A DNA stretch of 64,000 nucleotides from Octopus sinensis (taxonomy: Eukaryota): the NCBI RefSeq assembly GCF_006345805.1, contig NC_042999.1:18848001-18912000 (forward strand). Reading direction: 5' to 3'. Below the pieces are notes generated by a model. The model was not told where the DNA came from. It was given only the letters and a program-made list of their open reading frames with translations, and did no database searches. This document shows positions 38,351 to 51,776 of this stretch, piece by piece. Position numbers and translations under genes: made by a program. The first letter of the stretch is position 1. Each line of letters opens with the position of its first letter.

Positions 38351-41300
38351 CATCTAATGTATGTATCTCTCTGTCGTGTTCCCTCCCGCTCTCTCTATAC
38401 ATATATAATATATATATATATGTTTGTGTGTAGATATGTAAATATATATTATATATGTATAGAGAGAGAAGGAGGGAACAAGATAGAGAGATACATAGAT
38501 TCTTGGAAACATTCTTGCACGCATACATACATAATACATACACAAACACACATATATATGTGTATGTGAGTTTGCATAAGAAAGGTGTCTCACACCTAAA
38601 GATGAAAAGACAATTGAACTAGAAGATATTGCTTTTAGTTCTACTCTGTATATGCGTTTAATTTTCCTCAGTTTCTGAAAGTTTTTTCTTTGCAATATCT
38701 TCACGTTATCAGTGTAATTTTCTGCTTGAGGATCCTACATTAAGATAATACTATCTCTTATAAACTTTCTGCAGTTTAAAAACATTGGCCCTTCATATTT
38801 ATAGCTTCTTTTAAGCGGGCGATTTTACCAATACGAAATTTGTTATTCTCTCGCATAAAAATAGTTTTGTTTGAAATAGAGGAACCTAACACGTTCGGAA
38901 AATAATTGTTGAACTCGTAATGCATGATTGATGTTGAAAGAAAATGTTTAATGAGTTACTAACTCTAACGGTTGTATTATGTTTATATTTTTGAAATACT
39001 CGTTTGTTGTTTATATTTTGTTACATTTGGAGTAAAAATAATTTCTTAAGAACGAGAAATAACACCAATTAGCTACTAATTATGAGCTAAAAATATTTAT
39101 TGCAAATGAAATATTGGAAACAAATATGTAATTTACTAATAAACTTTAAAAGTTTCAAGATATTTGCTTTTCTTTTAAATATTTTCTAACGTAAAATTAC
39201 TTGAAATTATCTTCTTAACTAGGAAATATTGAGCTTGTATATGCGTTTAGAATTTTAAATTATTTCTGAATGATAGTGTGAGAATTAATTTCACTTAATT
39301 GTCTTGCGCTTTATTTGTCCGTTACAGTACCACATAGCAAATATTTCAGGGAACATGACTAGAGTTATTGATCTCCCTCCATGTCATTTTATATTTTGGA
39401 CACATGACGAAAATTGTGTAGATTAATTTACCTCAATAAGGAGGACCACCTCATATTGTACATATACATGTGAAATCGAGTTACAATTGAAAGTTAAATC
39501 ATGTGTGTTGATTATAGATTGTTCCAACTGCTTCAAGCATAAATATATTATATATTATGGTCATATTTGGAACACTTAGACGATAGGTCTGTTACACCAG
39601 GGATTAATATATATATAAATGTTTCTAATAACTGACAGCGAAACAAGATTTATACAATATGTAGAAGTTATAATTAGAAACATGATCTGTTCCATTGTGT
39701 TATTGACTAATTCTTCGATAGATTACAATACTTAGATGGGAACAGGAAAAATATTAAGATAACCCTTTGGCAGGCAGTCTTTATTTAATAAAATGAAGTT
39801 ATTCTGTAATTGGTATTTCATGTTTGGTTTATTTCGCGGTTTTGACATTTATTACATCAACTTGAGTGACATAGATCAACATGTTCATATCAGAGCAGTC
39901 ATACAAGAAATTCTGATATGAAAAGTTGCGCAAATGACTTAGCTAGAGATGAGAAGCTTTCATTAAAACGTAATTTATGAACACTAACTTGTGGTTACGT
40001 CGATGTTGCTGCTATTGTTTCGCTCCGGGTCGGCTTTGTGCACCGAATAATTCATGTGACAAATCTATTATTCAGGAATACAATCAACTGATGTTGATAA
40101 AGGCGTAACGCTTACCGCTGTAGGCAAATAATCCCCACACCTTATCTACCGAACAAATGAAATGTTTTAATTATTAATAAATACATTTCTGCGAGATCAG
40201 GTCAACCAACGAACCCTGGTTACTTCATGACAAATTTTATTCGCTGTAGAAGTACGCAACTTCGAAGACCTGTTACGTGATGTAATTTTTTTATAAGATG
40301 CTACTTTTTGTTTAGCTATACATAAATTCGTCGCAACTGTGTAAACATACAGAATATAACAAGCCAAAATAATAATATAAAAGTACTTTGTATAACTTGA
40401 ATTTATACATAAATCCGGTTGTGTTAATTTTTAAAAAATGTTTAACAACAATATGGATGTCTAAATGTTTATATTTTCTAGATATGAACTCAGAATGTAA
40501 AATATCAACCACGACGAACTAAAACTATTATCTATTTGGCAGCTTTGACACAACACTGAAATAGAAGCAAATTATAACACAACTAACGCCCAATCTGACA
40601 CACTCTACAAGAAATTATAATTATATTGACAGTTTATCAAGCGAGTAAATAATATTTTCTAAGGTAGACTGACCAACGTTTTGAGGGAAGGAGCCGTTTC
40701 ACTCTGGTGATTAATTTGAATCAGTCTTCATGTGATTTGAACTTAGATGTTAAAGGTATGTAGACCAATTTTTAAAGACATTTGACTCGACAAACTAGTA
40801 ATATCTCCAAGCCCACAGATACTTTTTTTGTTTTACTTTTTTGAAGTAAATGTGTTCAAGGATATACTGTTAATTATACGCTCTCTGAAAGATTAATATT
40901 TGGCGAGAAAGTTTTACACACCTTTCGATGTATCTATTTGACATTGAATGATAAAAATGATTTCCAACTATGGATCTGTAACGTAGAATAACTTCGTAAA
41001 TATAAATGTTTCTCAAAAATGCTAAGAGTACAAAATGTTTTATATGACACATTCTACCAGTGTCCGAAGTTTGAGAGTGTTTATTGGCAAATAATAATTT
41101 TTAAAATCTGTCGGTCAAAAGGTAAAGATCCCGAACTACCACATAATTTCTATCTCGATAATTACTGAGAGGCGGATTATACCTTCACCGTTAAAAAGAC
41201 GTAGGTAAATACTCGATATTATTTGCTTTCATACACGAGGATATTTTCAACCCACCAATCTTCAAGCAAATTTCTTCCGTGGTATTCAGTTGAATTTCTC

Positions 41301-41759
41301 GTTTGTTACGTGGCAAAGATTACGCAAGAAAGCGTGAAGCTCGTATGAAGAGAATATATTTAATGATCAAATGAATATAATGTTCAATATATCTTCTAAG
41401 CCGCAACTTTTATTCAGTTAAAACTGATAGTCGAAATGCTGCATGCCATGAATTTGCAATTAACTGGAATTCCTTCTGAAATAATTCAGTAGTAAACATA
41501 ATTTGAATACATTACAAAGTAATTTCTCAATAAATTTCGATGCTTTAGAAAAAGGAATTCTAATCATTGTTTGCCGTCAAAATTATTAAGACCATATATT
41601 TCTATCAATTTAATGTGAGCAACATAATACACCAAAGCCTGCAGAACAGCGGATAGGAGTCTATGTAGAAAAACAAAGCTACGTATACAAATAATAAAGC
41701 CGCTGTATCATCTTTCAGCCTCTGATAGACGAAGATGGTACTCTGCATAGAGGGACACT

Positions 41760-42345
41760 ATACATAGTTGAGATGTGGTCTCCCTACATGAGACAGAATA
41801 TTGTAAAATTTAGGCACCCTAGAGATCGACCACAAGGAAATCAGACAGAGTAATGGGTCTTCATTATTGCCATCGCCTCAAACTCAATCTTTTCCCGTCC
41901 AACGTCGCCGTGAGCTCTATATCATTAATATGATGTGGAAAATATTCCAACAGCGCAGTACAAATGATGTTTGCATTTAGTTTACAATTCACCCAAAGTT
42001 TGGATGCTGTGCTGCAAGTTCTCTACAAGACATGTTCGTATCACAACACAAAACTAAGACAGAAATGTTTAACCTCAACCGGCACTGCTCTCTTTAACAT
42101 CATACGTAGTCCCATGAGTGATGAAAATATTCCCTAATATTTAAACGGTTCCTGGACGATTATCTCTATCGAATAACATATAAACCACCTACCCTCCAAT
42201 ATATGTCTGCCAACAATAACTCTCTACTCGAATGGAGTTATGATGCCTGTAGAATGACTATTATGAAACAACTTTAAATGTATTTTACGGGTGGTGCTAT
42301 TAAGTTAGACATGACCTGGCCCAATGTTGGCTGAAGCTTATCTAA
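41760..42345 (+). pseudogene. Decayed CR1/L2-group LINE ORF2 3' region
   Basis: WSPYMRQNIVK...GLHYCHRLKLNLF/QRRRELYIINMMWKIF patches match WSP.....I..LE...Y..RL..L.L.SL.RRR motifs. Confidence 0.65.
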
Positions 42346-43461
42346 ATATCTAAGTAACTAAGTTGGTTAAAAAGAAAAGAAAAACAACTTAAAATGGTTA
42401 TCATCAGAAATTTGAAATAATAAGGTATGCAGTCAAGGACTTATCAGTATATGCAAAATCTTTTCATTACTTAAAAAATTCATTTCTAAGCCGGAGAGAG
42501 AAGAAACAAGTTAGAAGCATATTTGAGTAACAGAAAATAAAATAAAAGATTCGAAATTACGAATTAATTTCTTTCTTCTTTTCAATGTTTAGAGAAAGCA
42601 ATCCGTTGTTTCGAGGTTCGATCTAAATGCGTTTCAGCATTCTTTAACTTCACAGCATTCTAAAATTTCTTAATGTAATTTTCTTTATGGAAATAGTATA
42701 TATGTCTGTATTTTGTAATGACAAATAAGCTGGAAGCAATTGAGCTATGCTATGTACATTTTCGACTGTACATAGTAAAGCCTGTATATTTTCTTGCGAA
42801 AGAGAAGTGTTCATATAACCAAAAGTTCCATAGAAACTTCCCTTACGTTTGTATAGTATTTCACTTTCTTAATGGCGAAGATGACACATTTGACAATATA
42901 TATCTTGAAGCACTGGTAGCCACAAGAGAAATTACTTCTCAGTTCCACGTTTCATTACAGGTCAGCTATAACAATGTTTAGCTACCAATATTGAAGTCAA
43001 AGGCGTAATCTGAATTTAACACGCAAACACAAACACATGCACACCAGTATATACACATATCCTTTCTGCTATGGTACTTGGTACCTGTCCAGAGAATTTT
43101 ACGGAGGGTGGGTGATAGTTAATTAATCGAACAGTCTTCATCTGGTTCATAGTTCATCGATCAGAAAGTGAAGGGAAGTGACGTCGTCTTCGTCAGAATT
43201 CGATATCCATGCTGTTAGACATTTTGTCCAGTCTGCAAACCATTTTGTATTTTCTTACATAAATAAACACACACACACACACACACATATATATAAATGC
43301 TACATATATATGCTACTACATATATATGCTACATTATATAGGTAGATCTCGGTGCAGCTTGAGAAATCTGGTTTAAGAGTCAGCATCGCTAGACTGTAGC
43401 CGTCATAAAAGACTAGGAGTCTTATTTGCGCATTCAGAATCTAATATATATATATATACCT

Positions 43462-43848
43462 ATCAACGTGGCACTACGTCGGTTACGACGACGAGGGTTC
43501 CAGTTGATCGGGTCAACAGAACTGCCTGCTCCTGAAATCAACCTGAAATTGGCGGAGCACTCCACAGACATGTGTACCCTTAACGTAATTCTCAGGGAGT
43601 TTCAGCATGACACGGAGTGTGACAAAGCTGACCCTTTGAAATACAGGTACAACAGAAACAGGAAGAAAGAGTGAGAGAAAGTTGTGGTGAAAGAGTACAC
43701 CAGAGTTCGCCACCAACCCTTACCGGAGTCTCGTGGACATTTAGGTGTTTTCGCTCAATAAACACTCACAACGCCCAGTCTGAGAATGGAGACCACGATC
43801 CTACGACCTCGAGTCCGCTGCCCTAACCACTGGGCCATTGCGCCTCCA
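43462..43848 (-). mobile_element. SINE family C, full length
   Basis: Reverse complement tggaggcgcaatggcccagtggttagggcagcggactcg...; different 3' tail from 46057 and 31627. Confidence 0.9.
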
Positions 43849-43944
43849 ACACATACATATACATACCTATAATTACTGTGTATAATATCATGTTTAAAAA
43901 ATTAAACATTTTATTAGCATTGGTTTTCATGCTTAATAAAAGTA

Positions 43945-44332
43945 TTTTACTTGTTTCAGTCATTTGACTGAGGCCATGCTGGAGCACTGCCTTTTAGTCG
44001 AGCAAATCGACCCCAGGACTTATTCTTTGTAAGCTTAGTACTTATTCTATCGGTCTCTTTTGCCGAAACGCTAAGTTACGGGGACGTAAACACACCAGCA
44101 TCGGTTGTCAAGCGATGTTTGGAGACAAACACAGATACACAAACACACACACACACATACACACACACATATTTATATACATATATACGACGGGCTTCTT
44201 TCAGTTTACGTCTACGAAATCCACTCACAAGGCTTTGGTCGGCCCGAGGCTATAGTAGAAGACACTTGCCGAAGGTGCCACGCAGTGGGATTGAACCCGG
44301 ATCCATGTGGTTGGTAAGCCGCTCCTACGCCT
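43945..44332 (-). mobile_element. SINE family B
   Basis: Matches 60714-61127 with a short deletion in the head. Confidence 0.9.
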
Positions 44333-45349
44333 ATGATATATATGTTATATATATAAGAGTGTATAAAGATTTATACACAGAGGGAAGACCCTTGACAGGA
44401 CTTCTTAAATTATAAAAAGGGCAATTAACCCCAAATCACGAAAAAATAATTCTAAAGCCACGCCGATAATGGCAGCAATATTAGTTAATCCCATACTCGA
44501 ATTTCCCTTTTAATGAGCAAATAAATTAATCTGTCATCCGTAGTTCATCAGTGGGATCCCTAAAAAATGCTTGATTATGTAGCTTTAAAACGTTCGGAAA
44601 ACACGTGCAAGCTCCATCTTTATACATTATGGATTTAAATCAAGTGCGCAAGCGTAGTAACATAGCTCAGCAGCAAATAATAATTTTAAACTGTTCTGCA
44701 TGACATAAGAATTAGAAAATTTAAATATGTAAATTATGAGGGTAAAAATTTAAAATAATTTATTCCCAGTGGTTCGTATGCTTAATAAAAATTATGACAT
44801 AACATTTTTATACACAAGAGTGTATAAATAATAACGTATGTATATGTGTGTATGTGCAAAATATTTAATTATATGAATATAATTATAGTAAGGGCACTAA
44901 TGTGTAGCGCCACATGCTAGAAAGAGACGCCAAAGAGCTCTACGGACTACATTATTTACCTCGATCGAGGTGAAAACGAGGGAAATGAACGTAAAAGATA
45001 TTTATGTCTATGTATTTATTCGATTATGTGTTTTCTTAGCAACATTACAGATTATGAAAACGTGTGTTGAAACAGATATTGCTATATTTTCTTACGGTCA
45101 TTGTTCTTTTCTTGCCTAATAAACACACGCAGAATGGACTAAACAAAACAGGAGACACTTGCGAAGGGGGTTTCTGAAGAGGTCACAGTATGTGTGACGG
45201 AAGAATCCCCAAAAGCGGGCAAATCAAGAACAATAACATACACGTGAAGAATGAATATATAATGCGTATATTTAGCAAGAAGAAGGACAATCTTGAAATA
45301 TAACTATATATGATAACAATACAAACACATCTATATCAATGTGAGTGCT

Positions 45350-45718
45350 GGTGGTAAGTAGCTTGCTTACCAACCACATAGGTTCCGGGTTCAGTCTTGG
45401 GCGAGTGCTTCTGCTATAGCCTCGGGCCGACCAAAAAGCCTTGTGAGTGGATTTGGTAGACGGAAACTGAAAGACGCCTGTCATATATATGTATATATAT
45501 ATATTTGTGTGTCTGGTTTGTCCCCATGCATTGCTTGACAACCGATCTGGTGTGTTTACATCCCCGTCACTTAGCGGTTCGGCAAAAGAGACCGATATAG
45601 AATAAGTACTGGGCTTACAAGAATAATCCCGGGGTTTGATTTGCTCGACTAAAGGCGGTGTGCTCAGCATGGCCGAGTGAAATGACTGATTGAAACAAGT
45701 AAAAGTATAAAAGAGTAA
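45350..45718 (+). mobile_element. SINE family B (with small deletions)
   Basis: gtggtaagtagcttgcttaccaaccaca...gaaacaagtaaaag tail. Confidence 0.88.
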
Positions 45719-46056
45719 TAATATATATGATAGTGTGTGTGCGTGTGAGTGCACATATATATGTATATTTTGTCCAAAATTTTTACAAAAGAAATCGAGA
45801 AAATTAACACATATACACATTTGTACAACATCAGGTGACATATTATGGGTGACTTGTTTGTCAGTGGAGTATAATATTTAAGCGGAGAAGTGAAAATGTA
45901 TGTTGATCCCTTTGGCAATTTTTATTTCATGATGCGAATTTTATTATTAGAATTTCACGTTTCGCTCATTTCTCACATTTAAGATTATATGAAACAACTG
46001 TATTGACGAAAATAACATGGGCATATAAGAATAATAAGGCATTGTATATTAATATT

Positions 46057-46361
46057 GTGGAGGCGCAATGACCCAGTGGTTAGGGCAGCAGACTCGTGGT
46101 CGTAGGATCGCGGTTTCGATTCCCAGACCGGGCGTTGTGAGTGTTTATTGAGCGAAAACAGCTAAAATCTCCACGAGGCTCCGGCAGGGGGTGGTGATCC
46201 CTGCTGTACTCTTTCAGCACTCTTTCTCTCGCTCTTTCTTCTGTTAGCCTGCTCGCTTAGCCAGCGGGGTGGCGTCATTCGAAAACTAAAACAATGCGGA
46301 CGCATTGTGACCAGCGATGTGTAACTACATCTGATGGACTGATCGGTCACGCGCTCACGTG
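46057..46361 (+). mobile_element. SINE family C with 11-bp TSD
   Basis: tRNA-like head; TSD atattaatatt at 46046-46056 and 46362-46372; absent from the opposite IR arm. Confidence 0.92.
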
Positions 46362-46861
46362 ATATTAATATTAGAGTATGCTCTGGTGATTGAAACATAG
46401 AATGAAGCTCTATTGTTTCTTTAACATCAAATCTGTTTTGATCGAGTAGACCGACAATGTACCATGTTACATACATCGTCGTCATTTCTGAGAGTGCCTA
46501 AGCCACTATTGCGCGACGTGCATCCCAACATTACGACAATAATGAAAGATAGTTCTGCTCTAACGACCATCCATGTTTGTTTTTGTTCGGTTTCTTTGTA
46601 TCTCATCACTGTCATGTATTTGCTCCCAATTGTGGGCTGTCTGTCTACTCCTCGTTTCGTGCATTCAACGACCATAAAGTTTAGGATTTCTGGAGGGTCA
46701 AAGTTGGGAGCAAAAACATGACAGTGAGGACATACAAAGAAACCGAACTGAAAAAAACATGCATGGTCGTTAGAGCAGAACTATCTTTCATTATTGTCGT
46801 AATGTTGGGATGCACGTCGCTCAATACAGGCTTCGGCGCTCTCAGAAATGACGACCATGTA

Positions 46862-47182
46862 TATGGAGGCAGTTGCCGCAACCGTGGAGACTGGCGACGT
46901 ACCGTAAGAGAGGGAATACAAAGGAGTGACAGAGAGAGAGAGAGAGAGAGAGGAGAAATGGAAAGACAAGAAAAGACGTCAACAAGAAACTATGGCATTA
47001 CATCCAGCCAGGAACAGTCTTCGCTACATTTGCGGTACCTGCCAGAGGGAGTGTTTGTCCAGGATAGGACTACACAGCCACAGCAGGAAATGTATCAGGA
47101 CATGAAATGTAAAAGCCGGACTAGACTACTTCATGCGCAACCCCATTGTCTCCCGAGACAAAAAAGGATGCCAACCAACCAG
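46862..47182 (+). mobile_element. RTE-clade LINE 3' fragment
   Basis: NRGDWRRTVREGIQ then RYICGTCQRECLSRIGLHSHSRKC (RTE-type C-terminal zinc-finger motif), short 3' UTR and (CCAA)n tail. Confidence 0.85.
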
Positions 47183-47624
47183 AATATAATATTGTACATT
47201 GTCGGTCTACTCGATCAGAACAGACTTGAAGTTAAAGGAACAATAGACCTTTAATCTATATTTCAATCACCAGAGCATATTCTAATATTTGTATGCACTG
47301 CATTATTATTCTACTATGTCTCTGTTGATCTAAGTCACTTAAGTTGATTTCATATAATCTTTAACGTGGAAATGAGCAAAACGTGAAATTCTAATAACAA
47401 AATTCGCATCACCAAATACAAATTGCCAAAGGGATCAACATATATTTCCATTTCTCTGCTTAAATATTATACTCCACTGACAAACTAGTCACACATGATA
47501 TCTCACCTGAAATTGTACAAATGTGCTAATTTTCTCGATATCTTTTGTAAAAGCTTTAGTAAAGAGTAAATATATATATACTATATATTATTTAATTGAA
47601 CTCCACGCTTTCATTTCCAAGTAA

Positions 47625-47629
47625 TCTAC

Positions 47630-47690
<61 letters not shown>

Positions 47691-47707
47691 GTTATATATA
47701 TATACAT

Positions 47708-47790
<83 letters not shown>

Positions 47791-47795
47791 TATAT
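47625..47795. repeat. (TATC)n + (TA)n microsatellite
   Basis: Direct reading. Confidence 0.93.
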
Positions 47796-47799
47796 AAAT

Positions 47800-48034
47800 T
47801 CTTTTAGTCTTTTAATCATTTTTCAGTCAGTTGACTTTGGCTATGCTGGATCCCCGCCTTAAATCAAGTAAATCGACCCCAGGTCTTATTCTATGTAAGA
47901 CTAGTACTTATTCTATGGTTTCTTTTTTTTTTGACGAACCGCTAAGTTACGGGGACATAAATGCACCAACATCGGTTATCAAGCGATGGTGTGGGACAAA
48001 CACGAAAACACAAGTACATGTCCCATTTTGTATC

Positions 48035-48065
<31 letters not shown>

Positions 48066-48248
48066 ATATATGTATACATATACGACGGGCGTCTTTCACT
48101 TTCCGTCTACCAAATCCACTCAGAAAGTTTTGGTCGGCCCGAGGCTATAGTAGAAGACACTTGCACAAGGTCCCATGCACTGTGACAGAATTCGGAAGCA
48201 TGTGGTTGGAAATGAAGCTTCTTACCACACAGTCATTCCTGCTCCTAT
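47800..48248 (-). mobile_element. SINE family B, diverged
   Basis: gaaccgctaagttacggggac...tttggtcggcccgaggctatagtagaagacacttgc...cttaccacacag. Confidence 0.85.
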
Positions 48249-50540
48249 ATTATGGGTATGTGTGTGAGTGTGTGTGTGTCTGTGTGTGTTTATGTGCGTA
48301 TGTGTGTATGCGTGTGACGGGATTCCGCATTTTACGTGTAACAAATTTTACATGGCATTAGCCATTAATCGACTTGCGCCTATAGGCATTCGTATTCGAG
48401 GGGGTTATTTATTGTTACAATCTCCTTGGTAACATGCTGATGAGAACGGATGCGATTCTGTAGCATATGAATTATACTTCGATTGAAATCAACCTCAGCT
48501 CTTAAGTCAAAAATATCCTTGATCAATTTTACTCTATCTATAGCGTTTACGTTGTTATTTGACATGTTTACAGCTCTATTTACACCGTTTATGATTGGAC
48601 AAATCGAAATTTGCCCATCATTAATACTGACAATTATTTATAACTGACTTCACAAGATTTTAAAACCTTTGATTTGTTGCCCAACATTTAATTGACATGA
48701 CTATCGTACACTCATAGCTTAGGTTAAGTTATGGTATAACCAGTCCAAAAACTTAAGTATTTGGCAGTCTCGTATAACTTCTCCAGTCGTTTAAATAACG
48801 TGAATATATATCGTCATATCTCTATTATCTAATAATGTGATAATGAAAAGAATTAGGTATTATGTTCTTAAACGTCTTGAATAAGGACTAAATCCATTGA
48901 CCGATATAATTAATGCAACGAAACAACTTAGCAAAGGAAAGAAATTGAAGGCATGATTAAAATGCTTAAGATTGAAAGAGTTTTAAATCTTATCCATTCA
49001 AAAACTTGACTATAAAGCAAAACTGAAAATAAAATGAATATTTGTTTAAAACAAATTTAGCTATAATTATACGAGAGATTTAAAGACATGGTCGTTACAG
49101 CATTTGCATTGAAACAAATCTGAGTTGTACGTCTTCAAGAGCTTCAAGTGCGGAACGAAATGGATTGTATAATTAAAATGGTAAACAGTTTTGAAATTAA
49201 TCGAATTGTTATCAATTCATAAAAATTATCTACGTAATATTGTAATCAAAATTCTATAAATCAACTTCAGATGAGGGGCAAAATGGAAGCCAGAATCTAA
49301 ATATTCTGCATTGTTAATTCACAATAACTATGGCACTACATTAAAATACGAATGTTAAGGCGATATATATTTTTTTTTTCTTTTTAAGAAAGACTTTAAA
49401 ATTATACTCCAAAAATAAATATAGCAACATTTATACAGGTCCCAGAATTGCGTAGAAAAAGACAAAAAGACAAAAAGATTACTAGCGAGAGATAAGGGTA
49501 AGATAATTAAATAATTGTTCAAGGAAGCATCGAGAAGATTAGAAATTAGTAGGATTCCCGAAATGAGCATAAGAAAACGAATCGGCCTTTAGGTAAGCGC
49601 TCTATCTGCTAGAAGTAGCAACCAAATCATTCGGTTTTGTAAAGAAGCGTAATGAATTTTCTGACCGTGAATTTCTTCAGGGAAGTGAAATATAGGGATC
49701 GCCGAGGAGAGGAGTCATATAAGCTTAAATATATTTGGTCGGGATTGATTTTGAGCTGAAAATCAAGAACAATGAAACCTGTGCTGCGTATCAGAACATG
49801 AGCTTTTATATGGCATTTCCAAGTCGTAGAAAACCTATAAGTATTTTATAAAAAATATCCATCTGTTTTCAAGAAAGAATCAACGCATATGATATAATCT
49901 TATATGTTATTTCAAACACAAGGTTAATTAATGTTTTTGATCATAGAACCGCTAAATCAGGCCTGTTTTGCAACTAAAAGATACCGACTCAACATACCTG
50001 CATGGATAATTGGCCAACAGGATAACAACGTTCTTCCCGTATTATACGCTCCTCTTTCAGAAACAGCATTTGTAATTGTTCTGTCCCCTTGAACAATACA
50101 ACTGTGAAAAGGAAATCGGAAAATTCGGGAAAATCTTCATGAGAATTAATTGGATCATTAGTGTAAGACAACACCAGCAAAAACAGTAACAGATTACATA
50201 CTAAAGCAACGAGACTATATTTACGTAGATGCAGTCTATTACAAATAGCATCTAAGAACACATCAACGCCATCTAGTGTCTTAAAATTGCAGGTACTACA
50301 TAACACGCTGATTAATATGTTTTATACTGTAAGTAAAAACATTTCGGTCACGGTTAGAATACATTGCAACAAATATCTACAGTTAGAGAGGGTAGTGATT
50401 AAAAGCGTTTAACAGATAAACGGTTTTTAACGTAATCTATATGAGACTGTATATAGAAGTACTATTATGCGTTTGAACATATTCTATAAGAAACTTTACA
50501 TAGAAGTACTATATGTCACATACATATATAAGATTTCGAA

Positions 50541-50767
50541 GGCGGCGAGCTGGCAGACACATTAGTGCGTTGGGTGAAATGCTTAGCGGTATTTCGTCTG
50601 TCGTTACGTTCTGAGTTCAAATTCCGCTGAGGTCGACTTTGCCTTTCATCCTTTCGGGGTCGATAAATAAAGTACCATGTTCGCACTAGGGTCAATGTAA
50701 TCGACTTAATCCGTTTGTCTGCCCTTGTTTGTCTCCTCTATGTTTAGCCCCTTGTGGGCAGTAAAAA
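50541..50767 (+). mobile_element. SINE family A with ~21-bp imperfect TSD
   Basis: ggcggcgagctggcaga head; atacatatat(aa/gt)gatttcgaa at 50520-50540 and 50768-50788. Confidence 0.92.
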
Positions 50768-51361
50768 ATACATATATGTGATTTCGAAAATAAAGCAAGT
50801 ATAGGTGTCACTTTAGTTGCTTTGTTAAGTGTGAAGCATTGTATTCAATTATGAAAGTAGTTGAAAGTGTAAGTGCCACGTAAATGTATTCTTTCCAAAA
50901 TATAACTAGTTTTTAAAAGATCAACTGTATATTCTAGCATTGACTTCCAGTTGTCATCAGTTTCGTCATACTGCATATATAGTTATGATGTTTTTCGTTT
51001 TGCAACAACTCTCTCATCTATAGTCACAAAGTTTGAATAATTTCTTTTCGTGGTGGAGACAGTCAGTTACATTGAATCAAGCGCTTCACTGGTACTTGTT
51101 TTAACGACCTTAGACTTTGAACGTACAACGTATGACCGAAAGAAAGTGATGCTAAATAAATTGTCCCATGTGTTAAGGAGCTTGTCGGGTCGGCATTTGT
51201 CTTTTCTTGGCAATAATATAGGACAGAGTTCGCACCTATGAATCTCCTCAAGTACAGTTGTAGGTATTCCCCAGACTTGCAAGTGAAATTTGATTGGTGA
51301 AAACAGGTAATCTACGTTTCTTAAGTCGTAGACCAAATCCGATGTTTGATTTAATAGTACC

Positions 51362-51776
51362 TGTTTCTTTCTTACCCACAAGGAGCTAAACATAGAAGGG
51401 ACAAACAAGGATAGACAAACGGATTAAGTTGATTACATCGACCCCAGTGCGTAACCGGTACTTAATTTATCGAGCCTGAAAGGATGAACGGTAAAGTCGA
51501 CCTCGGCGGAATTTGAACTCAGAACGTAACGGAAGACGAAATACCTATTTCTTTACTACCCACAAGGGGCTAAACACAGAGGGGACAAACAAGGACAGAC
51601 AAACGGATTAAGTCGATTATATCGACCCCAGTGCGTAACTGGTACTTATTTAATCGACCCCGAAAGGATGAAAGGCAAAGTCGACCTCGGCGGAATTTGA
51701 ACTCAGAACGTAACGACAGACGAACTAGGCTACGCATTTCGCCTGACGTGCTAACGTTTCTGCCAGCTCGCCCTCT
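51362..51776 (-). mobile_element. SINE family A tandem dimer with 17-bp TSD
   Basis: Full monomer 51545-51772 plus head-less unit 51362-51544; TSD tttgatttaatagtacc at 51345-51361 and 51777-51793. Confidence 0.93.

Larger units (their letters stand above)
45780..47553. repeat. Old, diverged long inverted repeat centred near 46665, interrupted by a SINE and an RTE fragment
   Basis: Reverse-complement pairs: 45780-46000/47342-47553, 46367-46462/47194-47289, 46472-46631/46702-46862; roughly 80-88% identity by eye. Confidence 0.9.
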
